Below are positions 14,343-30,869 of a stretch of DNA of 64,000 bases, piece after piece. The DNA is from the human T2T-CHM13v2.0 reference genome, Homo sapiens, in the NCBI RefSeq assembly GCF_009914755.1, contig NC_060947.1; one strand, written 5' to 3'. A program made the translations under genes and the position numbers. Numbering within the stretch: position 1 is the first letter of the stretch; the number at the start of each line of letters is the position of its first letter. A model generated the notes under the pieces. That model was not told where the DNA came from. It saw only the letters and a program-made list of their open reading frames with translations, and searched no databases.

Positions 14343-14564
14343 AACTTCACAATATATAATGAGCATCTTTCCATGCAATAGGTAAAACTCTCCTGCTGAC
14401 AGAAACTTACAAACTGGGTCAAAAACAACATTCATTTAGAAGCTGGTAATAGGAGACCCACAAGAAATAGGTAACATCAAAACGTTTACGACAAAGGTAC
14501 ACCACAAATGTGTAAGTTTAGGAAGCAGGGGTCTCCCTATTAACTTCAGGGAAACCATCAGGAT

Positions 14565-15019
<455 letters not shown>

Positions 15020-15332
15020 CCGACTACCCACCTTTCAAAATTCAGAGCCCTGGATTTCAAAGGCCTTTTTTAAATTTCATTTTTTTTCCACCAGAGAGGC
15101 CCCATGTACCCTCGGGGGGGCGAGGGGAGCCAGTCTGTGCCCTTCTCTCCCGCAAAGCCCACCATCTTCTCTGCAGATCCATCTCCAGGCCTCTGCAGGC
15201 ACCAAAATGGAGGACGAAGAAGGGGTGGGGGTGGGGGATTGCTAAGTGTGGGGGTGAAGGCACGGATTGGGGTCTCAGACTGGGCTTTCCTCATGTTCTG
15301 ACCCCCTCCCCACCACCGTCCCTCGCACTGAC

Positions 15333-15408
15333 CTGGGCCTATCCTTGCAGTCTCCTCCTCCCGATTCTCGACGTGAGGTGCGTCGCCGCAACACTTGGCC
15401 CCGCAAAC
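15333..15408 (-). other. BEX2: BEX2 internal exon (76 nt)
   Basis: Minus-strand acceptor ctgcag|GTTTGC and donor CCCAG|gtcagt. Open in frame with the main CDS (VCGAKCCGDAPHVENREEETARIGP). Confidence 0.85.
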
Positions 15409-15834
15409 CTGCAGACGGCCGGGGTGGGAAGAGTGGGGGCTGCTGCAGCGGAACGCTAGAGAGGACCCGCCGCCACCCGGCCCCTTCCCCACGCCGGGCC
15501 CGGGCCCTCCTAGCCGCTCTCGCCCCCCGCCTCAGCCGCCCAGCCCCCCAAGCTGACCACCATTTTCTGCATCAAGAAGGGCGGAGCAGGGGTGTTGGAA
15601 AAGCTTGCGCTGGTGACGGAGGCAGGTGCTTCCGAAAGGTCGTAGCCTCAGGATCGCCGGCTCCCGCGGGGCCGGGCACCCCTCCGCTCACACAAGGCTC
15701 GCGGTCCCGCGGCGGGGCCCCGGGGCTGCATCGTGGACCGGCTGCGTCTCCGCGCTGCTGCCCGGGGATGGGGCATCCGCAGGCCGGGGCTGCTCCCCCA
15801 CACCAACCCCAGGGACCCCCTCCGGGTCCCTTAC

Positions 15835-15975
15835 CTGCTCCCCCTCCGCTTCCTACTTTCGGGGCCGTACCTGGCCCGCACGTCCTCAGGGACACCGGGA
15901 ACAGGTACCACTGCCGAGAAGGGAGCGAGCGACGGCGGTTCTGACGCCACAACGAGGTAAGACTCAGTGTTGGCC
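15835..15975 (-). other. BEX2: BEX2 first non-coding exon (start approximate)
   Basis: Strong donor GCAG|gtaagg at 15835/15834 and an alternative donor CCAG|gtacgg at 15871/15870, inside a CpG island just downstream of an E-box and GC boxes. Confidence 0.65.
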
Positions 15976-18605
15976 GATCACGTGTGGCTGTTGTCATCGC
16001 CAGAGGCTCCGCCCCCGTCCCACGCCCCCTCCTGCAGCCCGGAGTCAGGTGGTGCTTTCGGGCCCGCCCCCATCCTCACCGGGAGTCCCTTTTAACATCC
16101 CCAGCCTGGGCTCTGCCACTCTTCCTTCTCTGTATATTCTTGAGACTTCCCCTGCTTGCCCAGGAAGGACGGAAGGTATCTTCTCAGGGAGCTGTTGGCC
16201 ATTCCCACTTCTCTGGGGACTTGCCTCTCTCTGCCCTTGGCTCCCAGGATTCACCTCCTTCTGCCTGTCTACCTCCTTCTGTCCTCCTACCAATATTCTC
16301 CGTTTTCTCTCCACTAAAATGAGTGGAAGAGGTGTATCAGGAAAGGAGCACAAGAGAGTAGGCTTTTCTCATTCTTAATACCTTTTCTGTATTATTTCTT
16401 TTGTAAAAAACAAAAAATTAATATACTTCTTTAAAAAGGAAAAAAAGTTATTTTTACTTGAAAGACGGGATTAAAGTTGGGCAAAATGTCCCAACCACCT
16501 GTCCTGTTAAGTCATTATATAAATATAGACTTTACACGCAGCTGCTTTTTTAGAACTTGGAAAAGGACAGGGCAGCTGATGGCTCCCCTTTTGAGGGGCC
16601 CCTGGACACATGAGGCCCTTCTATGAAATGAGCTAGTGAGTTGTAGTGCTACAGAACCTTGTTGGGTTTTCATAACTAAAAGGAAAAAAAAGGCCTTTTT
16701 CACAAATTTCTGGTTCAAACGATAAGTATGTCTTTATTTAAAGATCAAGTAATCATGTATTTAGGAAATCCAGAGACATCTACGGTAAACCTACTATAGG
16801 AGTAAGAATTGATTTTAAGAAGGTTGCAGCTACAAGATAAATATTACAAACGTACTCATAAATTTATTTGAAAATGCAAAGGACCTAGAATAGACAAATA
16901 ATTTTTTTAAAATATCCTACAAATCTTGAGAGTTACATTATATTATTTCAAGACTTAAGGTGTAATAATAAAGTTAGTGTAGTAGTAAACATAGACCTGT
17001 AGATCAATAGAACAGAATAGACTCCAGAAATAGACCCATACGTATGTTGTTAATTAGTTTTTGACAAAGATATCAAAGTAATTCTATATGGAAAGTATAG
17101 TCTTTTAAACTAATGGTGCTGAAATAACAGAATTCTTAAAGGAAAAAAAGGAGCCTTGCCTTTTATTTATACTATACACAAATTAATTCAAAATGGATCC
17201 TAGGCCTAAATGTAAAAGCTCAAATTAGAAAACTTCTAGAATAAAACATACAGAAAAACTTTACAATCTTTGAGAAAACAATTCCTTAGGACACAAAAAG
17301 AACAGATCACAAAAGAAAAAAATAAGAAATTGGATTTATCCAAATTAAAAACTTCTACCATTTAAAACACATGGTTAAGAAAATGAAGTGAGAAGCTGGG
17401 AGTAAATATTCACAGTATTTGTATCTGACAATGGTTTTGAATTCAGAGCATATATAAAGAACTTCGAAAACATAAAATAAGAAGGCAAATAATGCAGTAA
17501 AAATGATCAAAAGATCTGAATAAACATTTCACAAAACTACACACACAAATTACCAATGAGCTCATGAAAAGATGTTCAACCTCATTAACTATCAGGGAAA
17601 TGTAAAATAAAGCCAGGATGAAAAATCACTGCACACCCATTATAATTGCTGAACTTAAAGTCTGACAGTCCCAAGCACTTTTGAAAATACTAAACAGCAG
17701 AAACTCTCACTGATTGTTGGTGAGAAGTTCAACCACTCTGAGACTTGGTGGCAGTTTCTTGAAAAGTTAGACTTACCATATGTCCTAGAAATTCCACTTT
17801 TCGGAATTTTCCCAACAGAATTTAAAACATATTTTCTCAAAAATATTTGCATAGGAATGTTCATAGAAATTTCCTTTATGATAGTCCCAAAGTTGATAAA
17901 AACTAAATGTCCAACAAGTGAAGTGATAAACAAATTGTGATGTATTCATACATTTTAACGCTGCTAAGCAATAAAAAAGTGACAAGCTACTGATACAAAC
18001 AATAACATGGATGAATCTCAAAAAAATGAAAAAAATTTGTATCTATAAAGATACCAGCCACAATTGAGTGTTTTCTGCATGATTGCATTTATATAAGTTC
18101 TAAAACAGGCAAAACTAATCTGTACTGATATAAGTTGAATCAAATCAGTTTTTGCCTGGCTTGAAAGTTGAGGTTTTTGTGATTGCAAAGAGGCATAATG
18201 GAACTCTCTCAGCTGAGGAAAACATTCTGTATCTTAATGGGGTAGTGACTCCATTGACAAATACATTTGTTGAAATCATTGAACTATACAGTTAAAAGGT
18301 GTGTATCTTATTGTAGGTAAAATACAGCCCAATAAGTTTTGCTAAAAATCAAATATATAGAAATAAATCTAATTAAATACTTTCAAGACCTCTACACTGA
18401 AAATTATAAAATAGTTTCAAGAACATTAAAGAATAACTAAGTATAGGGATTACCATGATCATAGATGAAAACACTCAATATTTTAAGGATGTCAATTATA
18501 CCCAAATTCATCTGTAAATTCAGTGCAATCCATATGAAAATCTCAACAGGTCACTTTTTGTTGATAAGCAGACTCCAAATATGTGTATGAAAATACAAAG
18601 AGCCG

Positions 18606-18914
<309 letters not shown>

Positions 18915-19458
18915 TCAAATATAGCTAAGACAGCCTTTTAGATGGAGAAAGCTCCAAAACGTCCACTATTAGATATCAAAATTTAATACAATTTTATGAG
19001 TATGATATTGTCTCAAAGATTAAAATGTGTCTGTGTTTGTGTGTGTGTGTCTATCTTATATGGACCTGTGAAACATACCTACCTATACAGTCACCTAATT
19101 TATGATAAAGATGACAGTTCAATGAAGTGGGGGAAAGCATTTTTCTTTTCAAAAGTGGTTTTGAAAAGATTAGTTGGATATCCATACGGGGAAAAGATGT
19201 ATATTGATTCCACCTTACATAATACATTAAAAACAAAAACGAAAAAAAAAAAAAAAAAAAAAACCTCAGTGGATTGCAGACCCAAATGGGAAAGGTAAAA
19301 ATGTAATCCTAATGTAAAAAAACTCAGGGGATCACCTTCATGACTCTGGAGTAAGCAGTTTTCTTAAACAGGACACAAAAAGCACTAAGCATGAAGGAAA
19401 AAGATTATGGATTGCACTTTATTCATATTAAAACAAACAAACAAACAAAAAACTTCTA

Positions 19459-19755
19459 GGCCTGGCGCAGTGTCTCATGCCTGTAATCCCAGCATTTTGG
19501 GAGGCCGAGGCGGGCAGATCACCTGAGGTCAAGAGTTCAACACCAGCCTGGCCAACATGGTGAAACCCTGTCTACAAAAATACAAAAAAATTAGACAGGC
19601 ATGATGGCGGATGCCTGTAATCCCAGCTACCCGGAAGGCTGAGGCAGGATAATCGCTTGAACCCAGAAAGTGGAGGTTGCAATGAGCCGAGCTTGTGCCA
19701 CTGAACCCCAGCCTGGGCGACAGAGCGAGACTCTGTCTCAAAAAAGAAAAAAAAA
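19459..19755 (+). mobile_element. AluSx-like
   Basis: Dimer with A-tail. Confidence 0.95.
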
Positions 19756-21539
19756 TTGTTTATCATACAACACCATTAAAAGAATGAGAAAGCAACCTGC
19801 AAACTGGGAGAAGATATTTGCAACAAATATATCTAACAAATGACTCATGTCCATAATGTATTATATAAAGAACTCTTAAAAATAAGTAAGAAAAGGAAAG
19901 ATAATACAATGGAAAAATGGGAAAATATCTTTAAAAACAACACTTCACAAAACAGAACATTTAATACAATAAATGTTCAATAATTTTTGAAAAGTTGTTC
20001 AACTTCATTACTTTTTAAGAGAAATGCAAATTACAGCCAAAATGTGATGTCACTGAACACCACCCAGACTGTCTAAAATAATAAAGACAGAAAGCACCAA
20101 GTATTTTACAAGAATGTGGTACAACTAGAACTGGTACTACTGATTTGGAAAACTGGCAGAATATAGTCAAAATCAACATATGTATACTCTAAGACTGAAC
20201 AATTTCGCTCTAGATATCCCTATGCTAATAATGTGTTCACTGGTCTACCAAACAGCATTTACACATATATCTGTAATAGCATTTTAAAAATTGCCAACAA
20301 TTATCAAATACCCAAATATTTTTATCAGGAAAATGTATAAATAAATTATGTATTTACAGTGGAATATTATTCAACAATGAAAATGTACAGATTGCAACTA
20401 CAAGCAATATAGATAGGCCTCACAAGCATAATGTTAATATAAAGAAGTCAGAGAGAAGAAAAGAGTATTTAATGTGTAACTCCATTTATATGAGTTTAAA
20501 CACAGGCAAAACTAATCTGTGATGTTAGAATTCTCGGTAGTAGCAGTCTTTAGTACTGGAATGAGGATTTTACAGTGTTGGTAATGTTCTATTTTTCTTT
20601 GTTGTTTTGTTTTAAATGCTGGTTCAATGGTTTTACTTTGTGAAACTTCATTGAGCTATAAATTTCTAATTTGGGCACATTTACATATGTATTTATACTT
20701 TATTGACTAAATGCAAAACAAATAGATATTCTTGTCATAGTAAATTGTTAAATCTAAAACAATTTTCACACTATAGCTGGGAAGGTAATTTGGTACATTC
20801 TTTATAGAAGGCAATTTGACAGTAATTATTCAAAATTTTAGAAATATTCGTACTATTTGACATAGTTATTTCACTATTTACATTCTATTCTACAACAAAT
20901 ATCTAAATGTGTGAAAAGGTTTATGCTTAAAGATATTCATGGTAGTAAAACATATAACAGTAAAACAATGGGAAAAACAAAATATGCCAATATTGATTAT
21001 TTGGCTTAAATAAGTTATTACATATTCATATCGAGTTCCATAAAAAGATAAAAATATGCTATAAAGGGATATTTAATGATAAAGAAAACTTTTCATTATT
21101 TATACTTTAAATAATAGCAAATTAGATTAGAAACAGCATGATCAATGGGATTCTAATATTTATACATACATATGTATAAACATGGAATGTAGTAGATAAA
21201 ATATAATCATTTCTTATTTCTGAACATACTTACATAATAGGATATTAAAACAATTTCTACACATAAAACCACCAGAAACAAAAATATAAGTAAATACCAA
21301 CTAGGAAAAATGTGCAGAACATATATCATAAATTCATTTTAACCTCATTTTTCCATGTCAGAAAAACGTGATGATCAATTTCTATCACTTCTTTCACAAG
21401 TGTGCTTACGATACAGGATAAGCTACTATAATGTAGAGGCCCCAAACATACGATGGTTCAAACAAGAGAGAATTTCTTCTCTCAAACAAAAGTGTAGTTT
21501 TCTCACACAAAATAGTCCAGAGATAGAAAGGGAGTTTGG

Positions 21540-21862
<323 letters not shown>

Positions 21863-22137
21863 CTACTATATGACTATATGAGGTTAGGTGCCTTCTGTTT
21901 TGTTGCTCTACCATCTCCTAGAGTGTTGATTTTGTATTTCTTCTGAGTTTTAGAATGCAGGACGGAGGAAAGAGGAAGTAGAAAGCAAACAATTCTCTTT
22001 TGTAGAAATGACACAGAAGTTGTACACTCCACATCTACTCACATTCCATTGCAAAGAATTTGGACAAGTAGACATACTTGGTTTCAAAGGATGCTGGGAA
22101 ATGTTAGTTTCTAGTTGAGTCATCAAGAGTTTTTCTA

Positions 22138-22418
<281 letters not shown>

Positions 22419-24724
22419 CTAAAACTTTGGGGAGCAAAGTCCCATTACCTAAAGGAAGGTGGAATACATTGTCTCTGGGGACAACTAGTGCTCTTGGCTA
22501 AAATGAGCGATGCAATAAGGTTACAATCAGCAACCAAACTTTGGCAAAGTTGATAATCTGGAATACATCCACACAAAACTCAATATAGTGTAAAACATAA
22601 GGTTTTTCTCTATTTTTATCTAAGAATCAGTATAGTATAAAGCCACCCTGATCAACCATATTCACTATAACTTTGTTGTAGTTAAATTTTATAAGTATCA
22701 TTGATTATGGATATCTAGGAATGGATTTGTGGGCTCAAGGTAGATGTATATTTTTAATGCATTTGTCTAAGTTCTATACAGAAAGATTGAAAAATTCAGA
22801 TTTCATGACTTGAAAATAAGCAAGAAAGGCCTTACGAAAGTGCAGAACACAGATTTTCTGACTTCATGTCATAAACTGCTTGCAGTGAACCACTTTCAGA
22901 CAATAGACATCATCCATAGACACTTCCAAAGAAGGAGAAAGTGGACTTCAATCCACAAGCAGCATGAAACAGGCCAAGGCAACTTGCGCCTGGGTCCCTT
23001 CAGTCAGGTCTCCTTCCTTCTTCCCATCCTAATTCTACACCCTGCCCATCCTCTGAGACTCAGGTCAAGTACTTTTCCTCCTTGAGGCTTTTTCTATTTG
23101 GGGCCAATCTGGCATTGCCTTCCCCTAGAACCTATTGGCCTGACAGTCAACCCCTCCCTTTAGTCCTTTCTCCATATGGCCCCATATGAAGGGGTATTCA
23201 GCCCACCCAGAGAGAGTAGATTTCTCACCAGTGTAGACCCTTGCTCTGAGACCCAGCCCTTTTCATCCAAAGTACACAGGGCAGTTCTGGGCATCTGGGG
23301 AGCCTCCAAAATAACTATTGACTCATCAGTGAACAAAGGGAAGGAGGTTGAATGAAGAAGATGGGAGAAAACATAGGGATGTATTGAGACAGTCCTCATT
23401 CTAAAACTGGATTAATTCCCAGGCTTGGCACTAACCAGCTATGTAACCTTGGATATTTTACTTAAACCTCTCTGAAGGAGAGGCTTGGATATCTTACCTA
23501 AAACTCTCTGAAGGAGAGGGGGTGACAATGGAGGGAGAAACACCAGAGAATGGGCTGCCCTAATAGTTCATATGTAAGATGATAAGGGCCTAAACCAGGA
23601 GAGTGACAGATTCAGCCATCAGAGTGAAGAAAGACGGACTTGTTGCTTAGGGAAGGGGTAAAAATCAAACAAGGCTCTGAGATTTCAAGACAGAGTGACC
23701 AGAAAAATTAATATGACTGGTAGGATTAATTTATATTAAGAGCATTTTGGGTTTTACATTATTTTGGGTTTAATATCCTTCTATTCTCTCACTCAAAGAT
23801 GACTGTGAATTAGCAACAAGGGACTGAAAAGTAAAGTTAGCACCCATACACTTGTAGTTACCAAATTGTATCATCCAGACAAAGGCAAACTCTTTGTTGT
23901 AGTCAATATTTAAAGCTCTGTACCTTGATATCTCTGTGAGTGTGTGTGTCTTAATTAAAAATCTATATATGTACCTATGTATTCATGTATGTATGTATAC
24001 ATATGTATATGTGTGTACATATATAGTTTTAAAATTAAGTCTTTGGTGTTTATAGAAACTGCATTGCAAGAAGTGTGAGGGGGGAACTCATTAGCTGCTT
24101 GCTGGAGGCCACCACACTACATTTTCTTAAGCACATTACAACTACAGGCTTTCCTTCGATAGCATTAAACATCAATGGCTGATAAATACTAAAAAGAGCA
24201 TTTATTTCTTCGTGAAAGAAAACAATACAGCTTATTAATCCAAAGAGATCATATCCAAGTCTAATAAAACCCCTGAATATGATTGCCAATTTTTAGGAAA
24301 GAGGATCAGGTTGGACTATACCATTAGTAGACAGCAAAATCCAGTATTGTGGGAAACTGTACAAGTCAAATAGCTCAGGTTATTCCACAAATAATTTGTA
24401 AGGAAAAGCAAGAGAAGGACAGAAAATCTGTAGATTAATACTTTAAATAACCATAAAAAATTTAAAATGAGCAAGACTAAACTCTAAACTGTAGTGTCCA
24501 GCTATGCAATGCACACTTGGGAGATAAAACCACAAAGAAACCAAAGAAAGTGATTACTATAAACGTCAAAATAGTAGTTGCTTTTTTGGAAAAGGGAAGA
24601 GGTACATGGAAGGGCTTCTAAGGTGGCTGGGAAATTTTCATCTTTTTATCTGAGTGATGGTAACAAGAGTGTTCACCTTATACTATTTCACTAACCTACA
24701 CACTTTTTAACACAATTACTTCCT

Positions 24725-27405
24725 TATTTTTTATTTTTTAATTTTGTGGGTACATAGTGGGTGTATATATTTATGAGTTATATGAGATATTTCGATGAAG
24801 GCATGCAAAATGAAATAATCACATCAGGGAAAATAGGGTATCCATCACCTCAATCACTTATCCTTTGTGTTTCAAACAACCCAATTATATTCTTTTAGTT
24901 ATTTTAAAATGAACAATCAAATCATTTTTTACTATAGTTTTATTCTTTCTATTTGTCTGTACCCTTTAACTATCCTCCTTTCCCACCCCCCACCCCCAAA
25001 TACCCTTCCCAGCCTCTGGTAATCATCCTTCTACTCTCTATCTCTATGAGTTCAATTGTTTTAATTTTTAGCTCCCACAAAAGAGAGAGAACATGCAATA
25101 TTTGACTTTCTGTGCTTGGCTTATTTCACTTAACATAATGACCTCCAGTTCCATCCATGTTGTTGCAAATCAGAGGATTTTATTCTTTTTATGGCTGAAT
25201 AGTACTCCATTGTGTATACGTACACTTTCTTTATCCACTCATCTGTTGATTGACACTTAGGTTATTTCCAAATCTTGACTATTGGTGAACAGTGCTGCAA
25301 CAAACATGGGAGTACAGACATCTCTTTGATATACTGATTTCCTTTCTTTTGGGTACATACCCAGCAGAGGAATTGTTGCATTGTATGGTAGCTCAATTTT
25401 TAGTTTTTTTGAGGAAACTCCAAAGTGTTCTCCATAGTGGTTGTACTAATTTACATTCCTATCAATGGTGAATGAGGGTTCCCTTTTCTCCACATCCTTG
25501 CTACCATTTGGTATTGCCTGTCTTTTGGATGAAAGCCATTTTAGCTGGGGTAAGATTGTATCTCATTGTACTTTCGATTTGCATTTCTCTGATGATCAAT
25601 GATGTTGAGCACCTTTCAATACACCTGTTTGCTATTTGTATGTCTTCTTTTGAGAAATGTCTATTTAAATCTTTTGCCCATTTTTAAATCAGATTATTAG
25701 ATTTTTTTCCTTTAGAGTTCTTTGAGCTCCTTATGTAGTCTGGTTATTAATCCCTTGTCATATGGGTAATTTGCAAATATTTTCTCCCATTCAGTGGGTT
25801 GTCTCTTCACTTTGTTGATTGTTTCCTTTGCTGTGCAGAAGCTTTTTAATTTGATATGATCCCATTTGTCCATTTTTCCTTTGGCTGTCTGTGCTTGTGG
25901 GGTATTACTCAAGAAATCTTTGCCCAGACCAATGTCCTGGAGAGTTTTCCAGAGGTTTTCACAACGAAGTTTCATAATTTGAGGTCTTAGATTTAAGTTT
26001 TTAATCCATTTTTATTTGATTTTTATATATGGTGAGAGATAGGAGTCTAGTTTAATTCTTCTACAGATGGATATCCAGTTTTCCTAGAACCATTTATTGA
26101 ACAGATCATCTTTGCCCCAGTGTAAGCTCTTGGGACCTTTGTCAAAAATGAGTTCACTGTAGGTCTGTGGATTTGTTTTTGGGTTCTCTCTTCTATTTCA
26201 TTCATCTATGTGTCAGTTTTTATGCCAGTACCACGCTGTTTTGGCTAGTATAGCTCTGTAGTAAAGTTTGAAGTCAGGTAGTGTGATTCCTCGTGTTTTG
26301 TTCTTTTTGCTCAGGATATGGTTGGCTATTCGGGGTCTTTTGTGGTTCCATATAAATTTTAGGATTGTTATTTCTATTTATGTGAAGAATGTCACTGGTA
26401 TTTTGGTAAGGATTGCATTGAATCTGTAGATTGCTTTGGGTAATACGGACTTTTTAACAATATTGAATTTTTGGTGTCCTCTTCAATTTCTTTCATCAGT
26501 GTTTTATAGTTTTCATTATAGAGATGTTTTACTCCTTTGGTTAAGTTTATTCCTAGGCATTTTATTTTATGTGTGGCTCTTGTAAATGGGATTTTTTTGT
26601 ATTTTTTTCAGATTGTTTCCTGTTGGCATACAGAAATGCTACAGATTTTTGTGTGTTGATTTTTTATCCTGCAACTTTACTGAGTTTGTTTATCAGCTCT
26701 AATAGTTTTCTTGTGGAGTCTTCAGGTTTTTCCAAATATAAGATCATATCATCTGCAAACAAGGATAACCTGACTTCTTCCTTTGCAATTTGGATGTCCT
26801 TTATTTGTTTCTCTTGTCCAATCGCTGTAGCTAGAACTTCCAGTACTATGTTGAATAACAGTGGTGAAAGTGGACATGGCATCCTTGTCTTGTTCCAGTT
26901 CTTACAGGAAAGGCTTTCAGTTTTTTCCCCATTCAGTAGGATACTAGCTGTAGGTCTGTTGTATATGGCTTTTATTATGTTGAGGTGTGCTCCTTCTATA
27001 CCCAGTTTTTTGTAGGGCTTTTAACATGAAGGGATGTTTAATTTTATTAAATGCTTTTTCAACATCAATTGAAATGATCACATGGTTTTGTGTTTCATTC
27101 TATTAATATGATGTTTCATAATGATTGATTTGTGTATGTCGAACCATTTTTGCACCCCTGGGATAAATCCCACTTGGACATGATGAATGGATCTTTTTAA
27201 TGTATCGTTGAATATGGTTTGCTAGTATTTTGTTAAAGTTTATTTGTATCAATATTCATCAAAGATATTGGCTTGTAGTTTTCTTTTTTTTTTTTTCTGA
27301 TGTGTCTTTTGTCTGGTTTTGATACCAAGGTAACACTGACTTTGTAGAATGAGCTTGGAAGTAGTCCCCCCTCTACTTTTGGAATAGTTTCCATAGGATT
27401 TGTAT
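24725..27405 (-). mobile_element. L1MA-type element (3' part)
   Basis: Minus ORFs with L1 ORF2 motifs ([27 protein letters not shown]; [18 protein letters not shown]). Confidence 0.92.
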
Positions 27406-27407
27406 GA

Positions 27408-27520
27408 TGAGGTTTCACCATTATTGGCCAGGCTGGTCTTGAACTCCTGACCTCAAGTGATCTGCCTGCCTCAGCCTCCCAAAGTGCTGGGATTACAGGC
27501 ATGAGCAACCACGCCCGGCC
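27408..27520 (-). mobile_element. Truncated Alu left arm
   Basis: ggtttcacca..ggctggtcttgaactcctgacctcaagtg..cgcccggcc. Confidence 0.9.
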
Positions 27521-28109
27521 CTCCTGCTTGGATTTTGATTGTGATTGCATTTAATCTGAAGATCACTTGGGAAAGGAGAACTGACATCTTAACAATATGG
27601 TATTAAGTCTCCTCAAAAATATCCATAAATAATGACATATTTCTATATTCATTTGTTTTATTCTATTTACTTTGGGTTTAATATCCTTTTATTCTCTAGC
27701 TTTTGTACATAAAAATTTAGATAATCGATGTTAGACCTCTCTTTTTTTCTAATATAAGCATTTAAAATTACAAATTTCTCCCTAAACACCATTTTAACAG
27801 CATCTCCAAAATTTGATATGCTATCGTTGAGTTTGAAATATTTCTATTTTGTCTGTAATTTATTTATTTAACCTATGGGTTATTTACAATATTTGTGGCT
27901 TTTTCTAGATATTTAATGTTTCTGTTTTTTAATTAAGTACATTTTTGGTATTCAGAGAACATACTCTGTAAGTCCTATTCAAGTGAGTCCAGATAGCATG
28001 AAAGCGCACTCTGGTTACAGAGGAAAAAAGCTTTCATGATTAACTTGAATTTAAAACGTTAAGCTAACAAAATAAGTTATCTTTTCCTATTTGTTCCTTT
28101 GAAGTGGTA

Positions 28110-28480
28110 AGCCCTACTATTGGCTGAAACATTATTCTGGATGTTTCTGTGAGGGTGTTTTCTGGATGAGATTAACATTTAAATTTGTGGACTTTGAGTA
28201 AAGCAGATTGCTCTGTATAATGTGCGCAGGCCTCATCCAATCAGCTGAAGGCCTTAATAGAACTAAAGACTGACCTCTCCTGAGCAAGAGGGGATTCTGC
28301 TGGCAAACAGCCTTCAGACTGGCACTGCAACATCAACACTCCTTGGGTCTGCAGGCTGCCTGCCTACCCTGCAGATTTTGGGCTTGTCAGTCTCCATAAT
28401 TGCATGAATCTATTCCATGAGCCTATGCACACACACACACCCTATTGGTTTTATTTCTCTGCAGAACCTTGACTAATTCA
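28110..28480 (+). mobile_element. MLT2 (ERVL) LTR
   Basis: ggatgtttctgtgagggtgtttt..gagattaacattt..cctattggtt..gaaccttgactaa. Confidence 0.8.
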
Positions 28481-30869
28481 GACATCTAGTTGTGAAAACC
28501 ATAGACAAGAGAGCCCCTCTGCCCCCTTCCCCTAATACTCCAAATGGCTTCAGTGGCCACCTTTTAAAAATATTTGTTTTAAATATTCATATTTTAAAAA
28601 TTGTAAACATTGCATTTCAAATTGTGTCAGTATCCTGCACACTTTGAGTTACCCATGGGTACTAACTCACTCAGCATCTATTTTCTTACATAGTTGATAA
28701 TCACCAGGAGCTGCTAAGAAGCCCAGGTATAAATCCCACAGGAACTGGTTAATAACTGAGCCAAATGGGCATGGAGGAGACAACACAGGCAGATGATCTG
28801 TTGTGTAACCATAGACAAGCATCAGATTTCTCATGTGTTAAATGTAGAAAAGAATCTTTACCTTATAGGCTGATGAGGGGTTACATGGGATAGTGCACTG
28901 GCTTACGCACCTAGCCTATGCTTGGCACATAGCAGAAAACCACCAAAGCTGAGGTTTTTCAGAGGTCTCTAGAGGGCAAATACCATGTCCTCATGGGTAT
29001 CCTTCCCACCTACCCATCCACTCAAAACTGACACAGATCAGTGGACATACAATCAATTATTGTGATCGCCTTTCATTGAGTTCCATAGGTGTAAGGACCT
29101 ATCATTTGTCAAATTTCATTACCCAGGGATAAACATGTTTGACAGGGTAGTACATATTTTTATGTATCTGGTATTATTTTCATATTCTTTTATATTCTTT
29201 TTACCATGAACAATGTATCTTGGCAATACTTTACATTAGACATGTTAGATATACCTGATCTTTTTAAATGGCTACATAATATTCTATTATATGGTTAACT
29301 ACATTTTATTGGCTATAGATGAACATTTTGGTTGTTTTTAGTTTTTCTTTTTCCTTTTTTAAAGTAAGCTTGCTTTTCACCAACAAAGCTCGTGCAAAGA
29401 TCAGGTACTCAATATATTTTTGCCACCTTATACCACTGTATTTTAGGATCTTCCCTATTAGTTCCTTAGGTAAATCCTTAGATGTGCTAGATTTGCTTTC
29501 AGAATTATAACATCATTTTCTACCCCCAATAACAGTATAGAGAACTTCCTATTCATCCACACCCACATAAAACTTGTATTTTCATATTCATACATTCTAA
29601 TTTTTCAATACATTTTCTTGCCTTATCAGTAAGTTAATCTTTCTTTTATTATTTATTCTTAGCTTATTATTGTTTCAAATTTTTAACATCTAAATGTTTA
29701 ATTCATTCAGATGTCTTTTTAGGATCGGGAAAATTTATATTATCCTAAAGTATTAACCAATTATCTCGACAGCATGTCTTTACTGCTAAATTGTGAGCTG
29801 TAACACATCTATTAAAAAATGCAGTAATCATAAATAAATAATTATAAAACAAACATCCAGGTAACATATAACCAAACTCAGGTCAAGAAATAGAACTTTG
29901 CAAGCACCTGTAACCCATCAGGTGATTTTTTTTACTAATTACAAAATACTACCTTCTTCCCAGAGGTAACCGTTATCCTAACTTTTACAGTCATTATTTC
30001 CTTGTTGTTCTTTAGAGTTTTACCACCTATAAATGCCCTTCCAACCATTTATTTTTGCCTGCAGTTTAACTTTAAGTAAATTTAATCATACTGTTTTTAT
30101 TTATTTAGTCTTTATAGTACTCAAATTATGTGAGTTATGCCCATCCATGTTTTTATGTATAGATCTAGTTCATTCTCATTGCCATTTACTGTATCATTTC
30201 ATGAATATAACATATTTATTCATTCTCATCTTTATGGATATTATTTTCAAATTTTTGGTTATTTACAAATAATGTTTCCATTAACATTCATATACATCTC
30301 TAATGGGTATTTATTAGAAGTTGGATTGCTGGGTTATAGGTATCCGTATCTTCACTTTTAATAGATAATGCCAAAATGCTTTCCAAAGTGATTGCATCAT
30401 TTATACTCTCAACAGAACATTTTTTTCTGGATACTAGTTTTTTGTCAGTTATATCTGAAATATATTCAAAAGTAGTTTAGAAAAATAAAACAAAACCTGA
30501 CTGTATCCACCTTTATGCTGTAACAATTTTCAATTTATGGTCAACCTGTTTTTATTCCCACCCACTTCTTTCCTACCATATTATTTCAAAGCAAATTCCA
30601 AATAGCATATATTTTCATCTGTTGATGTATCAGTATGTATATCTAAAAGATAAGCCCTTTTTAAATTTAGCCACAATATCATTATTACACCTAAAAATAA
30701 CTCCTTAATATCAAATATCTATTCAGTGTTCAAATTTTCACTTGTTCCATAAATTATCATGGTTTCTTTTGTTACATTTGTTTCAGTTAGGATCTAACAG
30801 ACATTACCCTTGCTTGATATGTCTCTTAATTCTCTTTTAATCCAAAGGTTTCCCATTCATTTTTATAAA

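Larger units (their letters stand above)
15300..16090. promoter_or_regulatory. CpG island / BEX2 promoter with E-box CACGTG (15979-15984) and GC boxes
   Basis: Locally very GC- and CpG-rich within AT-rich flanks; CCGCCC motifs near 16010 and 16065. Confidence 0.85.

Noticed and set aside
15267-16378. Long plus-strand ORFs (225 aa and 250 aa) and a minus 141-aa ORF over the BEX2 promoter
   Set aside because: They sit in a GC-rich, stop-poor CpG island, have Pro/Gly/Arg-biased composition, and show no recognisable domain.
23448-23520. Local direct duplication (cttggatat..ctctctgaaggagagg)
   Set aside because: Looks like simple slippage within a MIR-like fragment.
25472-27550. Several ORFs with reverse-transcriptase-like motifs
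   Set aside because: Fragments of a decayed L1 ORF2, not a gene. Alu-derived ORFs elsewhere in the window were rejected for the same reason.
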